Source: Deltaproteobacteria bacterium (GTDB lineage: Bacteria > Myxococcota > SpSt-1050 > JACRCP01). From it: a DNA stretch of 60,249 nt. Below, piece by piece: positions 37,023 to 46,084 of the stretch. Positions within the stretch are counted from its first letter, which is position 1. Every line of letters begins with the position of its first letter. The notes under the pieces are model-generated. The model was not told the origin of the DNA and did no database searches. It was given only the letters and a program-made list of their open reading frames with translations. Position numbers and translations under genes: made by a program. The DNA lies in NCBI GenBank assembly GCA_016218965.1, contig JACRCP010000392.1, positions 1 to 60,249 of the forward strand. Direction: 5' to 3'.

Positions 37023-38294
37023 GTGAACAGACACGTCATCAGGAAGGAAGGACCGACGCTCCGCCTCCGGCCGAGGGCGCTTTTGACTCTCGGGGCAATC
37101 GTTCTCGTCGCGGCGGCGCTGATGGGGCTTCGGCACCAGTCCAGGGAGATCGCGTCGGCGCCGGTTGTCGAAACGCCCCCCGCGCAGAAAGCGGTTCAGA
37201 CCGCGCCCTCCATCCCTCCTCCCCTCGAACTCTCGCTTGCGCGTGCCGTCGAGAGGGACGGGCGGATGTTCGTGTCGGCTTCCGACGGGAGGCAGGTCGT
37301 GCTCACGCTCGACCCGCGGCTCCAGAAAAAGGCCGAATGGTTCCTCAGGTCGTACAAGGTGCCTTTCGGTGCGGTCGTCGCCATCGAACCGCGGACCGGG
37401 CGCGTGCTCGCGTACGCGGAGCATTCCGAACTGGACCCGTCGGGCGCCGAATATTCGATCTCGAAGCCTTACAAGGCGGCCTCGCTTTTCAAGATCGTCA
37501 CCGCCGAGGCGGTCATCTCGGAGAAAAAGATCCACATAGACGAGACGTTCTGTTACCACGGCGGCCGCCGCAGGCTGAACTCGCGGCTCCTTGCCGATGA
37601 CCCGTCGCGCGACAGGCGCTGCCTTACGTTCGAACAGGCCATGGGGCACTCGACGAACGTGGTGTTCGCGCGCCTGGCGCTCAAGAACCTGACGCCTTCG
37701 GTGCTCTCGGCCCACGCGCGGTCGTTCCTCTTTGACAAACCCATTCCGTTCGAACTGCCGGTCGAACAATCGAAGGCGACCATCCCGTGGGACCCCGAGG
37801 AGATGGCGGTCACCGCGGCGGGTTTCGGCGACGTCAGGGTCACCCCGCTTCACGCGGCGGTTCTTGCGGCATCCGTCGCCAACGGCGGCGTTCTTATGAA
37901 GCCCACGATCGTCGACGAGGTCCGCGGGCCCGATGGGGCCAGGCTCTCCGGTTCGGGGGCCGAGCTGCTGGGCAGGGCGACGACGACCGAGGTGTCCGAT
38001 CTCCTGTCGCTCATGATGTACACGACGACCACCGAGGGGACGGCGAGAAAGGCGTTCCGGAAAAAACGGGGGACGCTCGACTTTAAACGGGGCATCCCCG
38101 TAGCCGGCAAGACCGGCTCCTTGGCCGAGAACGAGCCTTACTACCGCGAATACACGTGGTACACGGGCTTCGCGCCGGTCGACGACCCCAGGATCGCCGT
38201 GGCCGCGCTGGTGATCAACCAGAAGTTCTGGAAAACCAAGGGCAGTTACGCGGCCCGCGAGATCTTCGAAGAGTACTTCCGGAAAAACAGGTAG
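37023..38294 (+). CDS. Penicillin-binding protein, transpeptidase domain only
   Basis: N-terminal TM; LTLD..LQ; SxxK (SLFK), SxN (STN) and KTG motifs; TTGACA-16-TATATT at 36949-36976. Confidence 0.88.
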   Translation: MNRHVIRKEGPTLRLRPRALLTLGAIVLVAAALMGLRHQSREIASAPVVETPPAQKAVQTAPSIPPPLELSLARAVERDGRMFVSASDGRQVVLTLDPRLQKKAEWFLRSYKVPFGAVVAIEPRTGRVLAYAEHSELDPSGAEYSISKPYKAASLFKIVTAEAVISEKKIHIDETFCYHGGRRRLNSRLLADDPSRDRRCLTFEQAMGHSTNVVFARLALKNLTPSVLSAHARSFLFDKPIPFELPVEQSKATIPWDPEEMAVTAAGFGDVRVTPLHAAVLAASVANGGVLMKPTIVDEVRGPDGARLSGSGAELLGRATTTEVSDLLSLMMYTTTTEGTARKAFRKKRGTLDFKRGIPVAGKTGSLAENEPYYREYTWYTGFAPVDDPRIAVAALVINQKFWKTKGSYAAREIFEEYFRKNR

Positions 38295-38327
38295 CCCGTC
38301 CGCACGATCACGGTGTATATTCCGGCC

Positions 38328-39644
38328 ATGGGACATCTGCACAACGTGAAGGCTGAATACCGTGCGCTTCGGCGGCACGTGGATCAGTGCATCGTTGGCC
38401 TCCCCGAGGCGCCGGGGGTCTACGAGGTCTTGAAGATCCTTTTCACCGAGGAAGATGCGCGGCTTGCCGTGCGCCTGCCGCACGTCCCGGTGAAGTTGGG
38501 CGTGCTTGCCGCGCGGCTTGGCGAGTCAGAGGACTCGCTCCGGCCGCGGATCGATCGTATGGCCGACAAGGGGCTGGTCTTCGATTTCGTCCGCGCGGAC
38601 AACGGGGACACGTACTACTTCCTCGCGCCCCCGGTGGTCGGGTTTTTCGAGATGGCGCTCATGAAGGTGCGCACCGACATCAACCAGAAAGAGGCGGCGC
38701 GCGCGCTCCACCGTTACATGTACGATCGGGACGACTTCACCAAATCCGTGTTCGGCGGCACCACCGTCATCGGCCGTGCGCTCGTCCACGAGACCGCCCT
38801 TCCGCCGGGCGACTCGACCGACATTCTCGACTACGAAAAGGCGGCCGCGATCATCATGGACGCCAGGGGCGGGTCGCTCTCGCTTTGCTACTGCCGGCAC
38901 AAGGCCGAGCACATGGATAGCCCGTGCGCTCACCCGCGCGGGAACTGCACCGCGCTGGGCGTCGGCGCCGACTTCAACGTCCGCCACGGCCACGGCCGGA
39001 AGGCCGAAAAGTCCGAGCTTCTGGAGGTCCTGGCCGACGCGCGTTCGCGCGGGCTCGTGCAGATAGCTGACAACATCAAGAACCGGCCGACGTTCATCTG
39101 CCACTGCTGCGGCTGCTGCTGCGGCCAGCTCCACGCGTTAAGCCGCTCCGGTCTTGCGCACGCCGTTTCGACGTCGAACTACATCGCGACGATAGACCCA
39201 GCGCTCTGTGCCGGCTGCGGTCGGTGCGCGCGGCGCTGCCCCATCCAGGCGATCACCGTCAAACCCGCGCACCACGAACCGGGGAAGCAGCATGTCCTCT
39301 GCGGTTCGGTCGACGAGTCCGCCTGCCTGGGATGCGGCGTCTGCCACGCCGCGTGCAAAAAGATCGCGCTCTCCATGCGGCGGAGGCCGGCGCGCGTGCT
39401 CACGCCCGAGAACACCATGGAACGGGTGCTCCGGATGGCGCTCGAGCGCGGGAAGCTCGCCTCCGTCCTCCTCGAAAACCCCGACAACGAGACCGCAGGC
39501 CGCCTGGGCCGGCTGGTAGACGCCGTCTTCAGGCTCGGCGCGGTCCACAGGGCGATGCTGAAAGAGCAGGTCCAGTCGCGCTTCGTCGGCTTCCTCCTTG
39601 ACGCCGCCGTCAAACGCAAAGGCAAGTGGCTCAAATCGGTGTGA
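38328..39644 (+). CDS. 4Fe-4S dicluster protein with additional Cys clusters
   Basis: CYCRH, CHCCGCCC, CAGCGRCARRCP and CLGCGVCHAAC. Confidence 0.88.
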   Translation: MGHLHNVKAEYRALRRHVDQCIVGLPEAPGVYEVLKILFTEEDARLAVRLPHVPVKLGVLAARLGESEDSLRPRIDRMADKGLVFDFVRADNGDTYYFLAPPVVGFFEMALMKVRTDINQKEAARALHRYMYDRDDFTKSVFGGTTVIGRALVHETALPPGDSTDILDYEKAAAIIMDARGGSLSLCYCRHKAEHMDSPCAHPRGNCTALGVGADFNVRHGHGRKAEKSELLEVLADARSRGLVQIADNIKNRPTFICHCCGCCCGQLHALSRSGLAHAVSTSNYIATIDPALCAGCGRCARRCPIQAITVKPAHHEPGKQHVLCGSVDESACLGCGVCHAACKKIALSMRRRPARVLTPENTMERVLRMALERGKLASVLLENPDNETAGRLGRLVDAVFRLGAVHRAMLKEQVQSRFVGFLLDAAVKRKGKWLKSV

Positions 39645-39735
39645 TCCCGCGCCGCAAAGTCCCGAACCGCGCGCGTGAGAAAGCGGTGTGTCCGCGCACC
39701 GCGCCCAGAACGGGCGCGGCAAGGATGGGTTTGAC

Positions 39736-39824
39736 GCCCCGCCTGCGGGGCAAGGCAAGGGTAGCCCAGGACGTGAGTCCTGGGATCACGGTTGACAAGA
39801 GATTGAGAGCCCCGGCGGGGCGAC
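39736..39824. repeat. REP-like cluster (GTAG-type hairpin with GCCCCG..GGGGC flanking hairpins)
   Basis: GTAGCCCAGGACGTGAGTCCTGGG at 39761-39784; GCCCCGCCTGCGGGGC; GCCCCGGCGGGGCGAC. Confidence 0.7.
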
Positions 39825-39931
39825 ACATGCAACCCCGTGCCTCCAGCCTGCGGTAGGGCTCTGGGGACGTTGGTGCGGTGGTCCGAGCCGCGGCGGATAG
39901 GGAGCCGGGATGGCGTCCGAGTCGTGCCTGC

Positions 39932-40203
39932 TCAATTCTTGAACAGGTCTGAATGAGTCCCCATCCGCTCGAAAATGATCATGTCGCCGTCGATCTTGTA
40001 GATCAACACCCAGTCGGGCTCCATGTGGCAATCACGCCTGCCGACGTATCTTCCCGCAAGTTTGTGGTCCCGGTGAATCGGGTCCAACAACTGGCCGGCG
40101 ATCAGAGTCCTTGCGATGATCTTGAGTTTCTCCAGGTTCTTTCCCCGGCGCCGGCAGAGCTTGAGATCCTTTTCGAACTGCCCGTGTAAACCGGCCTGTA
40201 CAT
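39932..40203 (-). pseudogene. yafQ: YafQ-family toxin with a 1-nt deletion after codon 7
   Basis: ATG TAC AGG CCG GTT TAC ACG GG CAG TTC GAA (MYRPVYT-QFEKDLK); span is 272 nt; DH.L.G...RDCHMEPDWVLIY and GTHSDLF intact downstream. Confidence 0.85.
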
Positions 40204-40463
40204 CAGATGCCCAGCTTGTCAAACATGTCGTCTGCGTCCTCGCAAACAACAAGGTCGCGTCCGGCATCCGTCTTTTTGAACGTCCGTTTGGTTGTTGTCG
40301 TCGGGATTGCCACCTCAAAAGGCAGTCCGCCGCGAAGTTCGACCTGTCTGTAGAAAATCGTGATGGCCTGCGTTGGGTTCAGTCCCAGGCGTTTGAACAC
40401 CGTCTCGGCGCCGTCTTTCAATTCCGGCCGGATCCTGGCCCGGACCATTGCGCTCTTGCTCAT
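40203..40463 (-). CDS. dinJ: RelB/DinJ family antitoxin
   Basis: GGAGG SD; VRARI..ELK, LGL...QAI.IFY and GLPFEV; TGATG overlap with the toxin. Confidence 0.9.
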   Translation of the reverse strand: MSKSAMVRARIRPELKDGAETVFKRLGLNPTQAITIFYRQVELRGGLPFEVAIPTTTTKRTFKKTDAGRDLVVCEDADDMFDKLGI

Positions 40464-40572
40464 TGCCATACCTCCTTCTCGCGACTCAAATGTACCACAA
40501 ACGGGATACGCCGACAATGGGATGCTTCGGTTGCCGACACTCGCGGCGTGGCAACGCGCACGGTTCGGGTTT

Positions 40573-41391
40573 CTACTTTTCCCTCGCCCGGGCGGTTGCG
40601 ACCATTCCCTCGACCTCGCCGTCCTCGTCGAAGACCGGCGCGGTGGAAACCAGGAGCGCCGTTTCGCGGCCGTCCCGATCGCGAATGACGAGGGGGGCGT
40701 CGACGACGCTGCGCCCGCGCACCGTGGCGACCACGATCCGCTTGAACGTCACGTGGGACGCCTTGGGGAACCAGTCGAGAATGTCGGAGCCGACCACGTC
40801 GGCGGGCACACGCCCGGCCAGCTCTGCAGCCGCGGCGTTGACGTACCGGATACGGCGCCTGACGTCGGTCACCAGCACCAGGACGTTGGCCCCCTGGAGC
40901 GCCCTTTCGACGAATGTGGCGCGTTCGACGGTTTCCGAGAGCCCGCGGATTGCCTTGAGCGAGAAAGCCATCTGGTTGGCAAGGACGATGATGAGGAGCT
41001 TTTCCCGCTCCGAGAGCGGTGAAGGCTTTTCGATGTTGACCGCGCCGTAGAGGACGCCGCCCGTCACAATCGGCGCACATGTTCCTTCCCATCCCCCGTC
41101 GAACACGGGATGGTACGAGTCGGTGAGCTCGACCTTCCCGTCGTGCGCGGGTATCCGAAGGCCCGTTTTCGCGGCCGCATGCCGCTTGATTCGAAGGCGC
41201 TCGCGGGCCCCCGGCAAGAGAGTCCCCTCGGCGCAAAGACAGCGGACGGCGCACGTCTCGGGATCGACGGTCCTGACGCAGAAGCGGGCCCCGGGAAAGG
41301 CGGCGCGCAGGGTGTGTGAGAACACCTGGACGAGTTCCTCCTCGGGCGTCGCCTTGACCACCGCCTTTTCGAGGTCATGGATCCTGCTCAC
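40573..41391 (-). CDS. GAF-like plus PAS/PAC sensor protein with no output domain
   Basis: APIV..G.LYGAVN...LANQMA (GAF); IRYVNAAAAELAG...VVG and APVFDEDGEVEG (PAS/PAC); stops right after PAC. Confidence 0.8.
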   Translation of the reverse strand: MSRIHDLEKAVVKATPEEELVQVFSHTLRAAFPGARFCVRTVDPETCAVRCLCAEGTLLPGARERLRIKRHAAAKTGLRIPAHDGKVELTDSYHPVFDGGWEGTCAPIVTGGVLYGAVNIEKPSPLSEREKLLIIVLANQMAFSLKAIRGLSETVERATFVERALQGANVLVLVTDVRRRIRYVNAAAAELAGRVPADVVGSDILDWFPKASHVTFKRIVVATVRGRSVVDAPLVIRDRDGRETALLVSTAPVFDEDGEVEGMVATARAREK

Positions 41392-42109
41392 CTGGCGACC
41401 CCCTTTCCGGCGCAATCGCGCCGCCGTGCGCGGCCTTTCCGAGACTTTTGATGAATCCGGAGAGCCGGTCGGCCTCCGCATATATGGTGTCCGCGTACCT
41501 CCGCTCGGGCGTTCCCTCCGGAAACCGGCGTTTCAGCATCTCGGCGTACCCGCTGATGGACGTGAGAGGCTGGTTCATCTGGTGCGCCGCCCAACTCACG
41601 TACGCGGCGCTCAGCATGAGCGCCCCGCCGACCTCGACCGCGGCCGGATCGGCCTCGACGGGCAACTCGTCGCTCGGCGGCTCGTCGGACCCCGGTCCGG
41701 AGGCGGCGGCCTGGCGCGTGACGAGAGATTGGCGCCTGCCGATCCGAAGCTGGTGTCTGACCTTCGAGGCGAGGTCACGGCCCGACATGGGCAGGAGGAT
41801 GAACTCATCGGCCCAGATCTTGAACTCACGCCCCACGGCCGCACGCGACGTGGTGGCGGTGGTGACCAGGATCTGGACGCGCCGCGACGGTTCGGTCACC
41901 TTGAGACGTTCGCAGAAGGCCGCCGCGCCCGGCATCTGGGCCCCCAGGAGCACGAGGTCGACCTCGCCGCCCAGCGCCGAGGGCCCGGCCGATTCGACGT
42001 CGGGACGGGAGAGCGTGTCGTACCCGGATTCAGAGAGGATGCGCACGAGGGAGTCGCGAAGCGCGGGGTCCCCTTCCACGACGAGAATTCTGGCAGGCGG
42101 GGTCGGCAC
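41375..42109 (-). CDS. Pseudo-receiver domain plus HisKA-like helix pair, no ATPase domain
   Basis: ILVVEGD, DLVLLGAQMPG (Asp to Gly), DEFILLP (Lys to Leu); AAHQMNQPLTSISGYAEML. Confidence 0.75.
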   Translation of the reverse strand: MPTPPARILVVEGDPALRDSLVRILSESGYDTLSRPDVESAGPSALGGEVDLVLLGAQMPGAAAFCERLKVTEPSRRVQILVTTATTSRAAVGREFKIWADEFILLPMSGRDLASKVRHQLRIGRRQSLVTRQAAASGPGSDEPPSDELPVEADPAAVEVGGALMLSAAYVSWAAHQMNQPLTSISGYAEMLKRRFPEGTPERRYADTIYAEADRLSGFIKSLGKAAHGGAIAPERGSPGEQDP

Positions 42110-42110
42110 G

Positions 42111-43301
42111 TCAGGAGGACCCTTCGTTTTCGTGTTTGCGCCGGTACGCCTCGATGGCGGCGGCATAGACTTCCTTGAGCGGCACCTCGGACCTCTCGGC
42201 GGCGAGGACGCAGTCCTCGTATTCGGGGGAGGCGTTGAATACGTGGTCGCCGACCGACGCGACCTTGATCGCGACCGGGCCGTACCGCGTGTCCTGGGTC
42301 TCGATTCGCCGATCGAGCCTCACCCGGTTCGTGGTGCGGTAGCGGAGGCCGATCGTCGTGGTTTCCGAAAGTATTATCTGCGCCGCGGGCGAGAGGGACT
42401 CGCGCGGGACGACCGCGCAGAGCGAAAACCCCGGGCGGCCCTTCTTCATGACGACCGGCGAAACGAAGGCGTCGTGCGCCCCGGCGGCGAGAAGCATCTC
42501 CACCACACGAGGGACCATCTGCGGGTTCATGTCGTCCACAGTGGCCTCGACGACGATGTCCTCGCCTTCCTGAGCGGTGTCGTACGGTTCGCCCCTGAAT
42601 ACGCGCAGGAGGCCGGACCCCCGGCCCTTCCGGCTCCCGAACCCCGTGCCGGTTGCCGTGATTCGCATCGCGGGCGTTTCCCTGACGACGTGCGCCATCT
42701 CGGCCACGAACGCGGCGCCGGTCGGGGTGACGGTCTCGCCGCGTGCCCCGCTCACTCTGAGCGGGACGTCCTTTAGAAGCTCGATGGCGGCGGGGGCGGG
42801 AAGCGGGATGGTGCCGTGGGTGCTTTTTGCCGTTCCGCTCCCCAGGACCGGGGTCGCGCACAGGACGGCGCGTGGAGAGATGTACGAAACGGCGACGGAG
42901 CATGCGACGATGTCCACGATCGAATCCACCGCGCCCACCTCGTGAAACTCCACCGATTCGACCGGTGTCCCGTGGACCGCGGCCTCGGCCCGGGCGAGCC
43001 GGGAGAACACGCGGAGCGCCAGCGTCTTGGCCCGCTCATCGACGCCGCTTTGCTCGATCAACGCCCGGATCTCGGTCCATCTCCTGTGGGGGTGCTCCTC
43101 CTTTTCGACCTCGACGGAAACGCGCCACCCCTCGAGCCCGCCCCGCTTCTCGGGGCCCGCGGTCATTCGGTAGCCGCGAAGCGGAAGAAGGGCCAGTTCG
43201 CCCTCTACAAGATCACGGGGCACGCCCGAGTGCAAAAGGGCGGCGAGCAGCATGTCGCCGGAAATTCCGCCGGCGAGATCGAGGTAGAGGATTTCAGACA
43301 T
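42111..43301 (-). CDS. larC: Nickel pincer cofactor biosynthesis protein LarC
   Basis: GISGDM, AEAAVHG...FHEVGAVDSIVDI, TPTGAA, MKKGRPG, ETTTIG and PEYED. Confidence 0.95.
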   Translation of the reverse strand: MSEILYLDLAGGISGDMLLAALLHSGVPRDLVEGELALLPLRGYRMTAGPEKRGGLEGWRVSVEVEKEEHPHRRWTEIRALIEQSGVDERAKTLALRVFSRLARAEAAVHGTPVESVEFHEVGAVDSIVDIVACSVAVSYISPRAVLCATPVLGSGTAKSTHGTIPLPAPAAIELLKDVPLRVSGARGETVTPTGAAFVAEMAHVVRETPAMRITATGTGFGSRKGRGSGLLRVFRGEPYDTAQEGEDIVVEATVDDMNPQMVPRVVEMLLAAGAHDAFVSPVVMKKGRPGFSLCAVVPRESLSPAAQIILSETTTIGLRYRTTNRVRLDRRIETQDTRYGPVAIKVASVGDHVFNASPEYEDCVLAAERSEVPLKEVYAAAIEAYRRKHENEGSS

Positions 43302-44049
43302 GCCTGTCCATTCCGTTGATGATGCCTGCGACGGCGGCGGCCCCGAACCCGTTGTCGATGTTCACGACTGCGACGTTCATGCTGCACGAGTTGAGCATCC
43401 CGAGCAGCGCGGCGACCCCGCCGAAGCTGGCGCCGTAGCCGGTGCTTACGGGCACCGCGATTACCGGCACCGCGACCAGGCCGCCCACCACGCTCGCCAG
43501 CGCGCCTTCCATCCCGGCGGCGACCACGACGGCGCGCGCCTTTCTCAGGCGCGCGATGTGTTTGAAGAGCCGGTGGATGCCGGCCACGCCCACGTCGTAT
43601 ATTCGTTCGACCCGGTGTCCCATGACGTCGAGGGTGACGGCGGCCTCCTCGGCAACCGGGATGTCGGATGTCCCGGCCGTCACCACGGCGACGAGGCCGT
43701 GTTTTTGCCGCGTTTTTTTTGCGATCGTGAAGGTCCTGGACACCGGGTCGTGCCGTCCGGCGGGAAATCCGCGTTTCAGGATCGTCCCCATCTCCGTGCC
43801 TACTCTGGTCACCAGCACCACGTGGCCCTGCCGGTGCGCCGTGCGGACGATCTGAACGACCTGCCCCGGGAGTTTTCCCTGGCCCATCACGACCTCGGGG
43901 AATCCCTGCCGGAAGGGGCGGTGCGTGTCGAGCTTGGTGTGTCCCATCTCGATGAAGGGCAGGGCGGCAAGCCTTTCGGCCGCCGTGCGGACGGAAACCC
44001 GGCCCGCGGCAACGTCGCCCAACAGTTTTTCGTAGCCCGTGCCGTTCAT
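43294..44049 (-). CDS. larB: Nickel pincer cofactor biosynthesis protein LarB
   Basis: RQGFPEVV, AGTSDIPVAEEA, DVGVAGIHRL, AGMEGAL and VVNIDNGFGAA. Confidence 0.95.
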   Translation of the reverse strand: MNGTGYEKLLGDVAAGRVSVRTAAERLAALPFIEMGHTKLDTHRPFRQGFPEVVMGQGKLPGQVVQIVRTAHRQGHVVLVTRVGTEMGTILKRGFPAGRHDPVSRTFTIAKKTRQKHGLVAVVTAGTSDIPVAEEAAVTLDVMGHRVERIYDVGVAGIHRLFKHIARLRKARAVVVAAGMEGALASVVGGLVAVPVIAVPVSTGYGASFGGVAALLGMLNSCSMNVAVVNIDNGFGAAAVAGIINGMDRHV

Positions 44050-44090
44050 GGGTACCCGTGTCCGAACGCGAAGCCCGCGGACGCCGCGGC

Positions 44091-45839
44091 TCACGGCTGC
44101 TGGAGCGGGATCCTGAGCACGAACGTCGTGCCCCGTCCCCTGGAGGAGTTGAAGGTGATGGAACCCCCGTGCTCGTCCACGATCTTTTTCACGACTGCGA
44201 GGCCCAGACCCGTGCCGCCCGCCTTGCCCTGCGTGACGAAGGCGTGCTTGAACAGCTTCCCGGCGATCTCCTCGGGAACGCCCTCTCCGGTGTCGGTCAT
44301 GGTGAACACGAGATCTCCCCCCTCGACCGCGGTTGTCAGCGTGAACGTGCCTCCGCGCGGCATGGCCTCGCGGGCGTTGCGGGCGATGTTGAAAATCACC
44401 CGCTTTAGCTTGGAGTCGTCCAACCGCGCAGCCCCCTCGTAGCGGAGGTCGACGGCGAGCTTGACGTTGTGGTCCTGGAAGTCGCGCACGAGCAGGTCGC
44501 GCATCTCCTCGATGAACTTGCCGACGAAGATCTTCCGGACCAGGACCTGGGACTCGCCGCGGGCATAGGCCAAAACCTCGCGCGTCATGATGTTGAGAAG
44601 GTCGAACTGCTTGAGAACCAGCTCGGCGTGCTGCGCGCGTTTCGCGGCGTCCGGCTCCACGGCGAGGAGCTGGACGTACCCGGAGATGATGGTCATGGGG
44701 GTCTTGAAATCGTGGAGCAGGCTCGAGAGCAACTGGCCGATCGTTGCGAGCCGCTCGCCCCGCTCGCGTTCGGCCCGGCGCGCGAAGATGTCGATCGCCT
44801 TGGCGACCTGGCCGCAGATGAGCGTGAGGAGCTTCAAGTCTCCATCGGTGAAGTCGCCGCCGCCCGCCTTGTTGAGGAGTTCGATCGCCCCCAGCGTCCT
44901 GCCGCCGTAGACCAGCGGTGCGCAGATGATGTTCCGGGGGGCGTAGCCAATCTCCTGAGCTATCGCCCGGCTGTGCCGCGGGTCGTCCCCGGCGCTGTTG
45001 CAGATGATGGGCTCGCCGCTCGAAGTGACGATGCCCGCGATCCCGTCGCCCAGCGACGGGCGGAAACGCTTGACTTCTTCGCCCTTTTCGCCGAGCGCGC
45101 TCTTGAAGAAGAGGCGGCCCTCGTCCTCTTCGTCAAGCAAGAGCACGCTTCCGGCCTCGGCCCCGATGGTGCTCATTCCTTTCTTTAGAATCGGGTCGAG
45201 CAGGTGATCGAGCCCCTCCGCGTCGGAGATCTCCTTTTCGATCTGATACAGGATGTCGAGCTCGCCGTATTTTTTCTCGAGCTCGGTGTGCAGGGCGGCG
45301 AGCTGGGCGTAGAGGCCCGAGTATTCGAGCGCCAGCGATGCCTGTGAGGCGAGCGCCGCCAGCAGTTCCTCGTCCTCCGGTCCGAACGGCCCGGCGCGTT
45401 TGTTGAGTGCCTGGATCACCCCGATGATTCCCCCCTCTTTGTCTCTTATCGGCACGCACAGAAGCGTCCGCGTCGTGTAGCCGGTGGTTCGGTCGATCTC
45501 GTGGTCGAACCGGGTGTCCGAGTACGCATCGGCGATGTTCACCGTCCGGCCGTGCTCCGCGACCCATCCGGCGATTCCCTTTCCGAGCGGCAGCCGGATC
45601 TCTTTCACCTCGGCGTCCTGCGCCACCTTCGACCAGATTTCCCCGCGCGCGCGGTCGGTCACGTACAGCGTCGAACGTTCGGCGTCCATCAGGCCGGTGA
45701 CCTTGTCCATGATCAGCGAGAGCAGGCTGTCAAAATCGATCGTGGTGCTCATTGCGCTGGCGATCTCTTTCATCGCCTGCACCATGCGCAACTCGCGGTC
45801 GAGTCTGGCGATGATGGCCTCGTGTTTTTTCGTTTCCAT
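44091..45839 (-). CDS. Soluble GAF-GAF sensor histidine kinase
   Basis: Two GAF domains (GIAGWV...D.RF...NK...F; GIAG...NK...FT.D); HDFKTPM H-box; NIARNA, DTGEG and GTGLGL. Confidence 0.93.
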   Translation of the reverse strand: METKKHEAIIARLDRELRMVQAMKEIASAMSTTIDFDSLLSLIMDKVTGLMDAERSTLYVTDRARGEIWSKVAQDAEVKEIRLPLGKGIAGWVAEHGRTVNIADAYSDTRFDHEIDRTTGYTTRTLLCVPIRDKEGGIIGVIQALNKRAGPFGPEDEELLAALASQASLALEYSGLYAQLAALHTELEKKYGELDILYQIEKEISDAEGLDHLLDPILKKGMSTIGAEAGSVLLLDEEDEGRLFFKSALGEKGEEVKRFRPSLGDGIAGIVTSSGEPIICNSAGDDPRHSRAIAQEIGYAPRNIICAPLVYGGRTLGAIELLNKAGGGDFTDGDLKLLTLICGQVAKAIDIFARRAERERGERLATIGQLLSSLLHDFKTPMTIISGYVQLLAVEPDAAKRAQHAELVLKQFDLLNIMTREVLAYARGESQVLVRKIFVGKFIEEMRDLLVRDFQDHNVKLAVDLRYEGAARLDDSKLKRVIFNIARNAREAMPRGGTFTLTTAVEGGDLVFTMTDTGEGVPEEIAGKLFKHAFVTQGKAGGTGLGLAVVKKIVDEHGGSITFNSSRGRGTTFVLRIPLQQP

Positions 45840-46022
45840 GGACCCGCCCGTGTTTTGGTTCAACGCGGCGGATTATACCGGGAACTCGGGGCCGTGTCCA
45901 CCGTGGAACCGATTTTTCGCATGTGCATTTTGTTATTTGAATTCGCTGTGTTGGTGCGCCGGATAGTGCCACGTATCGCAGATGCCATATGCGAAGAAGT
46001 CCTCGCACGGCTGTTTTGGGGG

Positions 46023-46051
46023 TTGACGCACCGGATCGCGGGCGATAGTAT
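46023..46051 (+). promoter_or_regulatory. Putative sigma70 promoter for the C39 peptidase gene
   Basis: TTGACG-17-TAGTAT. Confidence 0.55.
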
Positions 46052-46084
46052 GGCAACCCTTTTTGGTGGGGATGGGTCGTCGTC

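Noticed and set aside
39932-40318. 128-aa intact YafQ as called in the ORF track
   Set aside because: The N-terminus is an off-frame read of dinJ; the natural MYRPVYT start is in another frame.
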